Positions 13,371 to 27,394 are shown, counted from the stretch's first letter. The stretch: 64,000 nucleotides of DNA from the human T2T-CHM13v2.0 reference genome, Homo sapiens (GCF_009914755.1 NC_060929.1); one strand, 5' to 3'. A program made the numbers and translations. The notes: a model not told the origin generated them from the letters alone.

Positions 13371-15410
13371 GGCTGTCTTAACGTCTCAGATAGAAGTTTT
13401 CTAAACATGTTTTCTTAAAGAAATAGGCAGTTTATTTAAAAAATGAAATAGGCTTCTGAGATTTCCACAGAAAATAATTTTAGTATTTTAATCTTGTATA
13501 ACTGGTCAGAGAGGAGACATTATTTCAGGATCATTGGAAGTATGTCTGAGAAATATCAGAGAGGGTCAAATCATTGAAAAAATGATGTTAATTACCTGAG
13601 GATTTTGCAGCATGATGTAAAGCGAGGCTGGTGTATAAGATCAAGTGTGGAAGGCTGGACTCCAAATCTAAGATAAAAGTGTCAGTAAAAAAGATGAAAT
13701 GTGAAGATGAGGGGAAGAAAACCAAAATAATGTATATAAAATTATTTACAGTTGAGGTCTGTTTGGGGGTTTAAACCTGTCAGGGGATACTATAATATTG
13801 CATATTAATGGCTCTTTTGTGACTTGTTAAAAATGGAGTTATTTGCAATACAAATAACTAAGGATTCCCAGAAGTTCAGAATGTAAAGAAAGTCCTTTAA
13901 GATGCTCAAAGCTGTGAAAGCAGTGCCTGTTAGGAAAAAATGTGCAAGTAAAATCATCACCTTCATAAGCTACATATGTCTTTAAAGTGCAAACATTTCT
14001 CAGGTTATGTATTTCTCTGTGACCCATTTTATTTGCATTTTGGGTGAGTTCACGGTGAAATAAGAAGGTTCTCAACGTTACTATCATCCTGGGTATTAAC
14101 TGACCATCAGTCTGTTTGATCATGACGAAAACTAACACAACATTAAAATACAGTAATAATGATCATATTGAATGATCATTACTGAATGACTCTGAAAAGA
14201 CTCGTTATAACTATATTTAAGGAAGAAGAAATTTCCACAAGTTAAATTGTTCAGAGATCTGATTTTTTTTGTTTGTTTGTTTTCACTGTCTCTGACATCA
14301 TGATGCCAAATAAACAGTTTTTCTCAATTATTATTATATATAAAGTTTAAAAGCCAGTATAAATCATCCCATGCGTTCTTTTTATGTACAAAAAGTCTTT
14401 ATGTGCATTAAATAGACATCTGGGTACTTGTGCTTTGATAGTTTAAACTTCTTTTTACATTAATCGGAATAAGAAATGTTAGTTTTTAAGAAATAATATT
14501 TAAAACATCAAAATCATTTAGCGTTTAATATTACACTCCAATTTTCTTAGTTGAGGAAAGTCCTGTTTGATCTGAAGATTATATGTTGTCCCTGAACTTA
14601 CTTCTGATTTTGTGATGAGCATTGCATTTTTTTGAGCATTTTAGAAAATCTTATAATGCATATATAACATTTGCAGTAGTATTTGATTGTTTAAAGTAAC
14701 CATGATTGCAATATGGATAATTTTTTTAATGCATAAGCCTGGAAAATTGCTCATGAGTTTACATCTCTCTCTCTATATATATCAATATAATCTATGTCCC
14801 ATCATAGAAGACTGCCTCAGTTTCAAGCCACTGTACTGAATCCCTAGAGTTACTAGGCAAGAAATATGAATGTTGGAACTGGGCAATGTTCAAGAAAAAT
14901 AAAGCAGCCCTCTCAGTCTATCTTAGGTTTTTTATTTTTTCACTTCAGATAAAGATATGGGTATTGAAACTGTTATGAGTTGAATTACATGTCTCAGAAA
15001 GGATATGTCAAAGTCCTACCTACCCCAGTACCTCAGAATGTGCCCTTATTTGGAAATAGTGTCATCATATAGTTAGGGTAATGTGTGATCATACTGGAGT
15101 AGAGGAGACCACTAATCCAACCCCTTGGTTTTAGATTTCTAAACTCTAAGTGCTGCTATAACAAATACCAGAAAATGTGGACATGGCTTTGGAATTTGGT
15201 CATGGGTAGAGGCTGGAATAATTTTTAGGTGCATGATAGAAAAAGCTGAGATTGCATTGAAGAATCTGTTAGAGGAATTATGTATGTTAAAGGTAATTCT
15301 ACTGAGGGATGCGGTGGAAATGAAGAACATGTTATTGGAAACTAGAGGAAAAATGTTTCTTCTTAAAAAATGGCAAACAGAGAACTTGTAAGCCATGAAC
15401 TTGAATATTT

Positions 15411-15732
15411 ATTTATTTATTGTTTATTTTTTATTCATTCATTCATTTGTGAGACAGGGTCTCACTTTGTCACCCAGGCTGGAGTGCAGTTGTGTGATCT
15501 TGGCTCACTGCAGCTTTGACTTCATGGGCTCAAGTGATCTTTCCGCCTCAGCCTTCCAGATAACTGGGACTACAGGTGTGCACCACCACACCCAACTAAT
15601 TTTTGTACTTTTAGTAGAAATGGGGTTTCACCATGTTGCCCAGGCTGTTCTCAAACTCCTGGACTCAAGTGATCTACCTGTCTTCATCTCCCAAAGTGCT
15701 GGGGTTACAGGTGTGAGGCACCATGCTGGGTC
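15411..15732 (-). mobile_element. AluJ
   Basis: Diverged dimer with J-type features (GGGCTCAAGTGATC). TSD AACTTGAATATTT on both sides. Confidence 0.95.
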
Positions 15733-16340
15733 AAACTTGAATATTTAGCTGAGAGAATTTCCAAGCACAGTGTTCTTCAACACAGCCTGATTTCTCCTTG
15801 CTGCTTATAGTGAAACGTGAGGAGATAAACTGAAGAAGGGACTGTTCAGCAAAAATACACTAGAATTTGATTTGGAAAATTCGCACCCTATCCAGGTAGT
15901 ATAGTTTGGAAACAGTGCCAAGAATTTGACAGGGAAAGCATTTGCTACAGAGATCAGGTGTGTGACTTACAGATCTAATCAGCCACTCAGCAGAAGCCAG
16001 GAACAATGATGTGGTTTTCCAGGAAAAGTCTGTGAAGGAATTTCTTGCCTGATATCTTGGTGCCTAGTGCATTGCACAAGAAGCTGACAAAAATTTGGAG
16101 AATTTTATATCAGCAGAAACACTGCTAGCTTGGACTGAAAGGAACAGAGATGGGTTACAATTGAGGAAAAATGACTGTAAGACAGAGCTACAGATGCAAA
16201 GGCCTGGGATAGCATTACTTCCTAGGTTCCAGAGAGTAGGGCTGCTGCCTAGAGCTGAGCTGGCAGGGCCATCCCTCCAGGCCCAAAGAAGAGCACATTT
16301 GGCAATGAATTGTTATTTTTAAGCCTTAAAACTGAATGGA

Positions 16341-16648
<308 letters not shown>

Positions 16649-19600
16649 CTACTCTGTTGCTAGCTTGCTTATACCAACTACCCTTTTTTTTCCTTCCAGT
16701 TTCTCCCTTTTCGAAAGGAAATGTCTGTCCTATTTCTGTAACTTGTTTTCTAATTTGTCTCAGGATACAGCATGTGCTGAATCTCAAACATACCTGATTT
16801 AGTTGATATTTATATGAGATTTAGAGTTGATGCTGGAATGAATTAAGACTTTTGGAGATGTTGAGGTGAAGTGAATGTATTTTGCATGTGGGAAGGATGT
16901 AAATTTGTTGCGGGACATGCTACATGCTAGACGCTGACCTCTTATGGACTGAATTATCTCACTCCCTACCCAACCCCGATCAAAAAAAAAAAATGTTAAA
17001 TTTCTAACTTCCAGAGCCTGAGAATGTGACTTTATTTGGAAATAGGATTATTGCAGATGTAATTAGTTGGAATAAGGTCATACTGGAGTAGGGTGAGCCT
17101 CTAATCCATTATGACTACTGTCCTTATAAGAGGACAGCCTGAAGATAGTCATACAGAGAAAGCACCATGTGGTGACAGAGGCAGAAACATTAGAGCAATG
17201 AAGGTGCAAACCAAGGCCTGCCAATTGCCAGCCACTCACCAGAAACCAGAAGAGACAAGAAAGGATTTCCCTACAGGTTTCAAAAGAAGCATGGGCCTTC
17301 CAATGCGTTGATTTCAGACATCTAACCCCCAGAGCTGTGTGATAATGCATTTCTATTTTAAGAAAGACAATTTGTAGTGCTTTGTTACAGCAGCCCTAAG
17401 AAACAAATACAGAAACTTATATTCTTCTGTTACAAAAAAAGAGGAACAAATAGTATGAGAAAGATGATGTGTGCCAAATGACATGCAATCTTACTGACGG
17501 GAACCAATAGAAATATATGGGAATTACGACAACCAAGGGAACAAATTCCACGTCTGAAGGATACAGCTTCCTTTATTAATCTCTTGGCGCATTGAGGTTT
17601 GAGTGTCAACCTTCTATTTCTTTAAGAAAAACTAAAAAATAGGATTTTTTAGGATTTTAATGAGATTTTAAAATTTCAAATTAATAACTTAAAATATGAC
17701 TACCCTCAGATTGAACACAATATGTCTTAGCAAATATCTAGGTCATATGTCATTGATTATCAACCCTCAAAACTGATGGTTAAGGAGAAGAGAATCAAAA
17801 CAGATTATAGCTGTTAGAATTTTCTTACACTGTTCAGCTATGATAATTTTCTTCCAGCCTTTTAAGTCTATCAAATAAAACCTTCTTCTGCCATTTTTAT
17901 CTTCAACTAGTGCAATCAAGTGCAATAGCAAAGAACAACATCTGATGTTTTGCTGCCATCTTTGTTATTCCAGGTTAATGTACTTCTTATCCTTTTGTTT
18001 ACTAAAATACTTTCATCATAACCATTTTACTATCCTTCTCTGCTGGTAGAAGAAAGTTATATGAAAGTGTAACAATTTGTTAATTATAAGAGATGTATGG
18101 AGAGTACTTAATTCTTTTTGTTCACTTAAAGTAATAATTTTTTTTTCTGGCAATGCTGTCTAAATCAGAGCTTTAACTATTAGATGCACTCATTAGATTT
18201 TAGTAATTTTGGCATAATTTCCTCTTACCCTAACTCATTTTAATACTTCAATTAATTTTCAGGATTATCTACATGACAACTTCAGATATAAATATAGAAA
18301 AACCCATCTAGATGGTCATATCTACTTAGTTGTAAATGGCTTCCCATCAGACACTGCCTCCTGTCCATTGTACCCTCATTTGCAACCATCATGGCAGATG
18401 ATTTTCAATTAAAAATACTCATTGCACCTTGTTTGACTCTAGAGAAAAATACTTTTTCTACCAAAAAATATGCAAATTGATTTGCCATGTGATTTTCAGT
18501 ATGAGAAATAGTTTATTAAGACAAAATCAGTAGCTCTGAAAGCAATTAATATTCAAACTAGTGGTAGAAATGGAAGGTTAAATATTAATTCAACTTTTTT
18601 AGTTTCAATTGTTAAAGGAAAGCCCTTTTACCACTGCGACATTTCAGTTGTTTTGGTTTCAAATTCATTATCCTCATATATCAGCTTTTATTCATGTGAA
18701 TATTGATTTGGGCTTTGTTTTCTTAAAAAGAGAGTAAATGCACCTAAGTAAGAGAACCAAATAATTTATAGCCCCTAAAAAAGGAAAGAAAATAAATGAA
18801 CAGAACATTCCCAGTGCAAAAGCTATTTACACTATGGTTGAAAAATACTTTGTAAATGAAAACATACTATTTATAACACCTGTTAAAAGAGAACAACATT
18901 TGTAGAAACTATTTGCCATGCCTTTATACTTTCTAGGAGAAGACAGTTTATGGATTTTTCTAGAAGGTGCCAGTTCTTCTCTGTCTGGCCTGCTATAAAC
19001 CTTTGATAATTAATAGGCTGTCAACTGCTCCTCTAAAACTTTGCCTCTAGTTGCCATGAATGCCACCCAATATAACCCCCATGTTTCAAATACCCACATT
19101 CACACTATAAAAAGAAGAGCCATGTTTACTTGCCTACATGCTGGTCTCTGATTATCAGTATCTATAAAATGACTTTTGCCATATAATTTACAATACTGCT
19201 TTGTTTTGATTGCAAAAACACATCAATGGAGATCACATCCTTCTAAAAATTATTGCTTATGTATACCATGGGTTCACGAATATATTTATCGCTACAATGA
19301 CAAGAATAAAAGAGACATCTTTCTCAGAATTCTATGCCATTCACTCTCTTTCCATGCTGATTCTTCCCAACCCACTCAAAGGCACAGCTGTCTCCTAGAG
19401 AAGAGCTGCAACCTGAAGTATCTCCAGAGATTGACTACTGTCATCTAACAGTGCCTATCACAAGAGAATTCTAGGGGATCATTTGTTCCTGCTTAGCTTC
19501 TCAATGACTAGGAGCTTACAATTGAAAGCACTTTATGCTATGAAAGTACAGAAACATTTTATTCTACTAAGTTAGAGTTTAATATTTAGAGATTCAAAAT

Positions 19601-19949
19601 ATATAAATGTGGAAAAACAAGAAACAGAGCTAGGCTATAGACGTAACTCTTGTCTTGTTGCATTACTGATCTTGTGTTTCAAGTGTTCACCATTCTGTGG
19701 GCTATAGATACATCTGTCTGCATATTCACAAGACAAATATGGGTAGGAGTTATAGATCAAATAACAGTGATCAATGAACACCCTACCCTAAGTTAATCAA
19801 TGACCGTTTGCTCTACTTCCATCATATTTTATGGACATGAACTACAATACAAAGCAATCAGCCTGTGATATAAGACCCATGTTTTTGAGAAACAAATAAT
19901 TAAGTAATGGGATATGATTCAAAATGTGAAGATAATGACATAATTATAC

Positions 19950-20130
19950 CCCCAAGGGATTTACAAGGCTTCACCTGTGCTAAAATGTTTCTAAATACTA
20001 CAAGGGTGATTCATATATTTTATATAAACCTTATCTCCCACAGTTGCCTCATTTTAAAGATAAGAAATGCAATTACTGTATTCTAAGTAAATATACCCAG
20101 AGATACACAGGAGAGTTAGGTAGTCTGAAG
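19950..20130 (-). mobile_element. MIR fragment
   Basis: CCTCATTTTAAAGATAAGAAA resembles the MIR core. Confidence 0.45.
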
Positions 20131-22419
20131 GCTGAAAGGTCCACATAGGAATTTGGGACAAACATTATTGTAAGATTATTTAAATATGAATTGAACTGTT
20201 TTGGTATTAGAAGATAAACCTTCTTATTGAATTGAACTGTGATTCATATCTATATAAAAGTGACAATTCTTAATTAGCAGCCTAGAATTCCACCCCTTAG
20301 AAACACAGATTCTCCCCATTGCCCACTGTAATGCCATGACACTACATATAGCTGCCTTCAGTTTTAGGGTATGCTTGCTGAGAAAATAGTAAATCTCTTC
20401 CAGTTCCCTCTTGCAAATATTTCCATCTTATCTAGAGCATTTCTCCTGGCTCTAGGCTGTAAAGCACTCTTGAGGGAGGGGTAGAACACTGTAGAAACAA
20501 ACATATGTTTTCCTGAAAGAAAAGTCCCTGAAGTTTTGTGAGCAATTTTCCTGCTTGTGTAGATTTATTTTTTGTTATTACCCCATAGTATAATTCACCA
20601 AAAAATGAAATAAAGTGGCTTAGTTATCTTAACACATATCTGCAAATCTGTTGCTTCATATAACTCTCTATACATTTGTTATTAAAGAATGTATCCTCAA
20701 GTAGATTATACCCATAAATTTGGGGGCCCTGAGATAAGAGAAGCCATTGAGTGACCTTGTTAGAGAAAGGGTGGGTTACTAACAAATTTCTAAGATTGCT
20801 TCAAAATAGATACATCTGATACTCCATCTGACTGTTGATTGCATATTTGACAAAATTCTTTTGAAATTGTTCAATGACTTATTTCTTACTCAGTTTTTGT
20901 GATACTAAGATCATCATAAGTCTTATTTAGAAATAACAGGTTAAAAAAAGAAAAAAATCACATAGAATTGTAAATTAGTATCAGGTTTTGTTGTATAAAC
21001 AAATGTACACACACACAAAAAAGTGTGGTGTGAACAGACAAAAGCAATCTTGCTATATAAAATTGTCTTGATTATTTTGGTAGCTCCAATTGTTAAAGCT
21101 GGGAGTGATATGGCACAATGTAGTTGACCAGTTTTGTTAGATCAGAGGTGGCCCCACATCTGTATTTGGAGACTCACATTAGCACCTTCATGAAAGACTC
21201 TCTCCAGAATGCAGATACTAATTCTGAGGGCCAGACCTAAAGATGCTGTAGTATTGGAGGTGACAATGCTCTGTGAGGTAGAAGGACACGTACACAGTAA
21301 GATTCCAGGTTCCTCAACAGTATTTTGCTGAGCTTGCCATGCTCTTATAATTAGTTTACATAGTTGTAGTAGAGCTTATGGAATCTTCCTATGCAAGCAC
21401 CTATTTTGAAAAACACTCATTTAACCAATGAAAAGCACTTTCTTATAACATTTCTATTAAGTAAAAAAAAGAACAGAAGATCTCTGATAGAGACTTCAAT
21501 AATGGCAATTAAAGTATTTAAATATCCACATTTGGGTTGTTGATTTCTTACCTGCATGATTCAAATGCTAACTACTATCAGACTGTATATACAAAAGTTG
21601 TTTTTAAAGCAGTTTTTCAAACCAAAAAATTAACTCTTGGCAGAGAATAAAGGAAAATAAAAAGCAGTGTGGGTATTAAACATACTATGTACCAATCAAT
21701 CAAACAGGTAAGAAATTAGTATATAGGTCTGGAAAGGATGATAGTTTAAAGTATGATCCAAGGGCTTCATCTGAGATCAATGAGTTAATATTACAGCAAG
21801 AGAGAGATTTCAGGACCCTGTGAGGAGAAAACAAGTCTGCTGTAAGAGTGGTTTAAGAATGGGAAGGGTAGTCACAGGTCGTAGTCATTCCATGGGAATC
21901 AGTGGTAACGCTTGGTAAAGATGCTGCTGAAGGGGATCTGAAATGAAGGGGAAAGTTGAAGGGACTATCTTTCAAGTTACTTGCAATGTCATACTTCTAT
22001 GACAACCCTGCCTGTTATGTCTCCTTGTTTCTTGATAATATAATAACAGAATAAAAAAATACTCATTAAATTACCCAAACTTATATCAACCTAGAGCTCT
22101 ATCTGTAGATAGATACAGGTTGATACTGGTTGATACAGGTAGATATAGAATTGACTTGCAGTTATAAGAGCAAGAGAAACATGGTTGTTATAGCTTCAAA
22201 AGAAGGCAATTTACATTGTAGGAAAAGATGAAGTGTTTGTCTTATATATACTCTTAAAGAATGTAGGGATTATCCAGGGGAAGAGATGAGACAGAGAGCT
22301 GAGAGTATGGAAATGGGAGAAGGGTTAAGGGAATTATGAATAAAGCAAGCAGATTGAGCAAACAAATGAGGGTAGTAAAAGGCATAATTGGAGAGGAGCA
22401 GGACAACAAGAAGAATGGT

Positions 22420-22690
22420 ATTGCTAGAATTAAAATATCTGAAAATATAAAGGATTGGTGAGGGTGTGATTCACTGGGAAGTCTTACAACATATACACTC
22501 CAAGAAAACAATATTAAACACACATTTTAGGCATTAGTTACCTGATACATGTTTCAATGTAAATTGGTACACCTACTTTGGAAAATACTTAATTTTATCT
22601 TGCTAAACTGAATAAAAGAATCTTCTTTGACTCACAGATTTTGCTCAGATGTTTGTATCCTGGAGAAACTTTAATACATTTTCAGGGGAA
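22420..22690 (+). mobile_element. Ancient L1ME-like 3' fragment
   Basis: ATTGGTGAGGGTGTG, TACTTTGGAAAATAC and TATCCTGGAGAAACT motifs. Confidence 0.5.
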
Positions 22691-22699
22691 AGAATAACA

Positions 22700-23323
22700 T
22701 AGACACTAGAGAACATTTTAGCCTCTGTCACCCAGAGCAATCAATACATGCATCATAATTCTTACTCAAATAAACATAAGGCCTCACACTAATAATCTAT
22801 TTACCTCAGGTCCTTTTACATGATGCATCATGTTCAGGCTCCAACAAAAAGTTAGAAAGCATGCTAAAAAGCTAAAAACACAATCTAAAGGTACAAAGCA
22901 AGCATCAGAACCAGAAGCAGATATGACATATGTTCTGGAATTATCAGAGTAGGAATTTAAAATGATCGTGCTTAATATGCTAGGGTTTCTAATGGAAAAG
23001 TGATCAACATAGGCAGAAATGTGGAAACTCTAAGAAAGAATCGACTGAAAATGCTATAAATCAATAATACATAACAGAAATGATGATATTTGATAAGTCT
23101 GTTAGTAGATAGAATATGGCCAAGGAAAGAATCAGAGGTTGAAGATACATCAATAAAATCTCCCCAAACTGAAAAGCAAAGAGAAAATAGAGTAAAGAAA
23201 AAATGGAACAGATTATCTATGAACTGAAGAACAATAATAAATGTGCAATACACATACAATGGGAATACAAGATGGAGAAGAAAGAAGAAAATAATGGAAT
23301 AAATACTTGAAAGAATAATGGTC
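22700..23323 (+). mobile_element. Ancient L1M (L1MC-like) 5'/ORF1 fragment
   Basis: AAGCAAGCATCAGAACCAGA...GGAATTATCAGA...GGAAACTCTAAGAAAGAA is typical L1MC ORF1 start. It ends abruptly at the CENPO retrocopy. Confidence 0.75.
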
Positions 23324-23838
23324 AAGTGGCTTCTGTATGACAAAGTCAACAAAATAGGAATCCAACAGGTTCCTCTCAAAGGCAATATTGATGCAGACAC
23401 AGACTCCTCAGCTGGTCGGTTTACCACAGAACCCTGTAAAATGATATACCTGCAGAAAGTCTTTCAAATTTTCTTGTTTCCTTTCCAAAACTTCTTGCTC
23501 ACTATCTCCATTGCTTGGTCGAGTTCTACATTTTAAATAGATGCTTTGATTCTGTTTTGCCAGTGCTTAAATTTAGCCAGATACCTCAGTTTATTAATCT
23601 TGGTACCAAGGGCACTTTCCATGGCCTACACTCTCTACAGCACTCTTGATTGTTAACAGGATCTTTTCATTTGAATCTCCAGTGAGCTCAAACATCTTTG
23701 GACTCACCATCTTAATGTAGCATGTTCACCTGTTCCATCTCCTCAGAATCCTAAGAGCCCTCCTACAGAGTTGTGTAGGTGAGTGATAATAGGGACCTCG
23801 ATGTCCTTGCTTCTTTCTCTTGCTCACCCAGGCCAGGG
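23324..23838 (-). pseudogene. CENPO: CENPO processed pseudogene, inverted 5' segment (5'UTR and N-terminal half)
   Basis: Minus strand from ATG at 23738 reads MEQVNMLH*DGESK...ALGTKINKLR...YHFTGFCGKPTS*GVCVCINIAFERNLLDSYFVDFVIQKPL. Recalled human CENP-O reads MEQANPLRPDGESK...ALGTKIHKLR...YHFTGLSGKLTSRGVCVCISTAFEGNLLDSYFVDLVIQKPL. No introns; at least 6 stops plus indels. Confidence 0.93.
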
Positions 23839-23840
23839 GT

Positions 23841-24303
23841 AAGAATACTTGCTATCCTCATCTTCATCTTCATCTCTTCTCTAGAAGAAATAGCTGCAGA
23901 ACACTTACAGACTGATATTCAGCACTTCCTTCTCAGCTTCTGCAAGTACCTAACTGCTCACTCTGGGAGAAAGTAACAGGTACACTCACTTCAGAGTGAC
24001 TGCAGGCTTTCTTTCTGATGGCCCCTTGCAGAGAAACTCACTGTGAAACTTTTTGTCATTTACTTACAAACTGGATCCAATGGGTAACCTTTCTTATTTG
24101 GTGCTGGATTGATGGAAAAGAATTTCACAATAACTCTTCCCACTGACCTCACCGTTGTGTATCAAGGAATAGAAGTGTCATTCACTTCATAGGAGGCACA
24201 GGAAGCATCCTATGAAACTTTGTTCTGTATGAAGTGCCTACATCAAGAGTTCCCTTCATTTGCAAGAAAAGGAAAAATGTTTGATATGAACCTGGTCTCT
24301 TAA
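23841..24303 (+). pseudogene. CENPO: CENPO processed pseudogene, sense 3' segment (C-terminal half to stop codon; 3'UTR probably continues)
   Basis: Plus strand reads LEEIAAEHLQTDIQHFLLSFCKYLTAHSGRK*...GPLQRNSL*NFLSFTYKLDP...TLPTDLTVVYQGIEV...ETLFCMKCLHQEFPSFARKGKMFDMNLVS* (TAA 24301-24303). Recalled CENP-O: LEEIAAKYLQTNIQHFLFSLCEYLNAYSGRK...GPLQRNPLCNLLSFTYKLDP...RKGEKLDMSLVS. Confidence 0.95.
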
Positions 24304-27300
24304 AATATTATTTTCACTGGGAACATGTCAGAAGTGAGTAAACTAAAACTGTAGACAGTCCCTGGCAGGGTCTTGAAAACTGAAAACTGTTGAAAGCCTC
24401 AGACTCCTTGCCTGGGTACAACCCTTGTGATGAGAACAGACATCTACTTCTTTGTCAGGATAAGGAGCAAGTTTGAGTATAGACGTTGGCATTTTTGGAG
24501 AATTCCCATAACTGCCTGGTTACTTGTTACAATCTCAAGATCATCTGTTCTTTTGAGGTTTTGATTGATTTGATTAGGCATTTTAGCTGAAAATCAGAAT
24601 GGTTTGTAGGGTAATAGAAGTCATTTTGTGAAAGAGGGAAGATGTATCACTTATGAGCATGTCTAGCTTTTCTGAAGGCTTTAAGTAATTCTGCCTCATT
24701 TTCCTGAGACTTTTGAAAAGGAAGTTCTGAGAACACGAGGTTCATGATGTGAGGTAGATAATGTCGTTAAGAAGGAAAATGTTTTTAATCTTTAGTTTGA
24801 GGCTGCCTTAGTCTAGGCTGCCACTTTATAAAGAATACGGTGTGAGAAAGCACTGTAGATAAAATAATCGGAGTTCAATGTATGTAATATTTTGTTTCCT
24901 AAAACATTTTAGTAGAGCACTGAATTTATTAAGTCCCTTCTGAAAAAGCATGGTTGGAAATCTGCCCATAAACTCAAGTTTCTCTTTGCCATTGGAGCTC
25001 AAAGTACATAGAGCGTTAACACAGTAGCACATTCTCACACTTCAGTGTTATAAATAGGGGCTGACTTTGATCTTATATAGGACAGAGAACTTAAGCAACT
25101 TTTTCAAGGTGACATTTGATAAAGCAATTTTCTGCATAATAAATGTCAGGCACACAGGAAAAAAATGAAAAAAGCTAAGGATATCTAGTTTTTAAATTCA
25201 CTTCCTTATCCAAACTGTGAAAGTTTTGCAGCTTATGCTATTTCTGATAACAGTTTCCAAATAGTAATGTAATAGATATTACTTTAGGAGTAAACTATTG
25301 TGGAGGCAATCCAATTTGTTGGTTCACTTCATTTGGTGATATTGGCAAGCTCAGTTGTTGTAATTGCTAAAGGAAGATTAAGAGAGGAATATTATCTGAC
25401 TCCATGGAGATCAAATTAAGTTATAAGGGAAATCGGTGCAAAGGGAAAACATAATTTAATGTTGTTTCTATGTTTTAACTTTTGTTGCTCGTGTTTGTTT
25501 TCGCCTATTTTAACTCATTTAATTGTCTTAAAATATGTCATAGGTGAAATGTGAGAGTTAATGAATTTTCAGTCTCAAATATTGTTTTACCAAATGGGGT
25601 TATGTTCAATTTTTTTCTGAGGCAGACTTTTAGGTTCACTGCTTTCTGAAATAAACTTTAGGGCTGTCTTGGATCTTAGTCAGTATAACTTAAGCCAGAA
25701 CACTTGAGAAATAGGTAGATGACAGCAGGTATTTACTACCTGAGTAGTTAAATAAATATTTCAGGTCAATTTTCTTTTCACAGTACTTCACCAACAGTAA
25801 TTTATAGGGTGTAGCCATCGATTAATTCAAATCACATATGTCAGATTGAGCAAAATATTATTTGATCTGCTTCTAACCTGAACATCTCAAATGTGGCACT
25901 GTCTCTTCAAAAATAGGGAATTGTGAAGATATATTTATGGTGTTTTAAAATAGGAAAATAATGTTTTAAATCAGAATCTTTTAATAAAGAAATTCCAACC
26001 AATGATTTTACTATTTTAAATGGACATTTGTAATTAAAGACAATGACAAATTTTAATATTAAATGTAATCTGAATATGCTCATTTCTCTTTTGAAGTTTC
26101 TGTATTTGTAACTTATTATAAATACACAAGTCATATGCATTAATATGCATACTTTTTCATCATACATATTCTATGAATGTGTTTTAAATGTTTGTTAATA
26201 TTATTATTCATATTTATATATTTTTAAATCAGATATGTTAGAAAGGCTGCTACTGCCCATACATTAATTGCTCTATTAAAAATTACTTGGTGATGTAACG
26301 TATAGGTGGATTAAGTTTTGAATTTTGAATGGGTGGCAAAAATGATGCATTCCTAGAATAAAATTTAGTTGTTTTACATTTTTGCTTACTATTTACAGCT
26401 AGAACACAAGTTCTGGTATTTATATATAAACCATGCCTTCTTATGTATACTCATTATAAGCCATATAGTTTTGTTCATCTTTGTTAGTTATATATTTATT
26501 TTATTATAATAACTAAAACTATCCAAATACACCATTTAAATATATGACAATGATAATTGTAATGTCTCATAATTGTATAGTTACGCTTAATTAATTTCAT
26601 AAAGTTGACAGTTTTAATTAATGTTTTATATTTCTAGTACTCAGTAGCTGAGAAGTTATTTTCTGTTTCAATAATTCATATACAAAAATGATGTGGGAAG
26701 CAGAAAAACACACAGATAAAATGTTCAGACAATACTGAAATCCATAAATGATTCTTTAAAATTATATTACAAATCACGCTATAAAAAGGCAATGAATAAA
26801 GAACAGTTAGATTAATAAATTGCAGGGAAATTATTAACTTGTCACAATTTCTGATTTTTATTCTGATTACATCTCAGTAATGTTTCTTAAGTCGTGAGAG
26901 TTTTTTATCCTATCCTTTAGTATAAAGATGTATGAACAGACATTACTTGTCTCTGACACTCAGTACTAACCATCACACTGATCATTGATTTTTAGTAGTG
27001 CCGATTTAGATTTGCATTCAGCCGTTTCTTACCTGAGCATCTATCTGTCCAGAGGTCACACGGTTTGCTGAACTTAGAGCTCTAAGCTATGACTACAGTC
27101 CCCATGGTAGCTAACTAGATCATCTGGGGATTAACTCATCAAAAGAAATTTGCTTCATTCAACCATGTAAAATATTAAGCCCAAGAAGCATGTTTCTAAG
27201 CATCATCTCTAAATTTAGTTATGGTTTAACAAGGCAACTTAGGAGTAATGGTCTTGACTGTTTTGACCTTCTTGATAACCTATTAATATTGCAGGGCACT

Positions 27301-27348
27301 ATATAATCATATTTAACAAAATAACTAGTATATTATAAAGAGTAAGTG

Positions 27349-27394
27349 ACTCCAGCCTGGGTAACAGAGTGAGATCCTGTCTCAAAAAAAAAAA
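27349..27394 (+). mobile_element. Severely 5'-truncated Alu 3' end
   Basis: CTCCAGCCTGGGTAACAGAGTGAGATCCTGTCTC followed by an A-tail. Confidence 0.85.

Noticed and set aside
17420-22300. Long, largely repeat-poor stretch searched for exons or RNA genes
   Set aside because: No recognisable protein similarity, CpG island or structured RNA seen. Regulatory conservation cannot be judged from sequence alone.
22972-23427. Longest ORF in the track (151 aa, hydrophobic)
   Set aside because: It is an off-frame read of the CENPO copy running into antisense L1; the hydrophobicity reflects T-richness.
23779-23976. 65-aa ORF as a possible functional chimeric CENP-O peptide
   Set aside because: It starts at GTG in antisense UTR sequence and ends at a premature stop; no promoter or expression evidence is visible.
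27020-27130. Strong minus-strand splice donor (CAG/GTAAGA near 27032)
   Set aside because: No convincing open exon or partner exons; such motifs occur by chance. A non-coding exon cannot be excluded.
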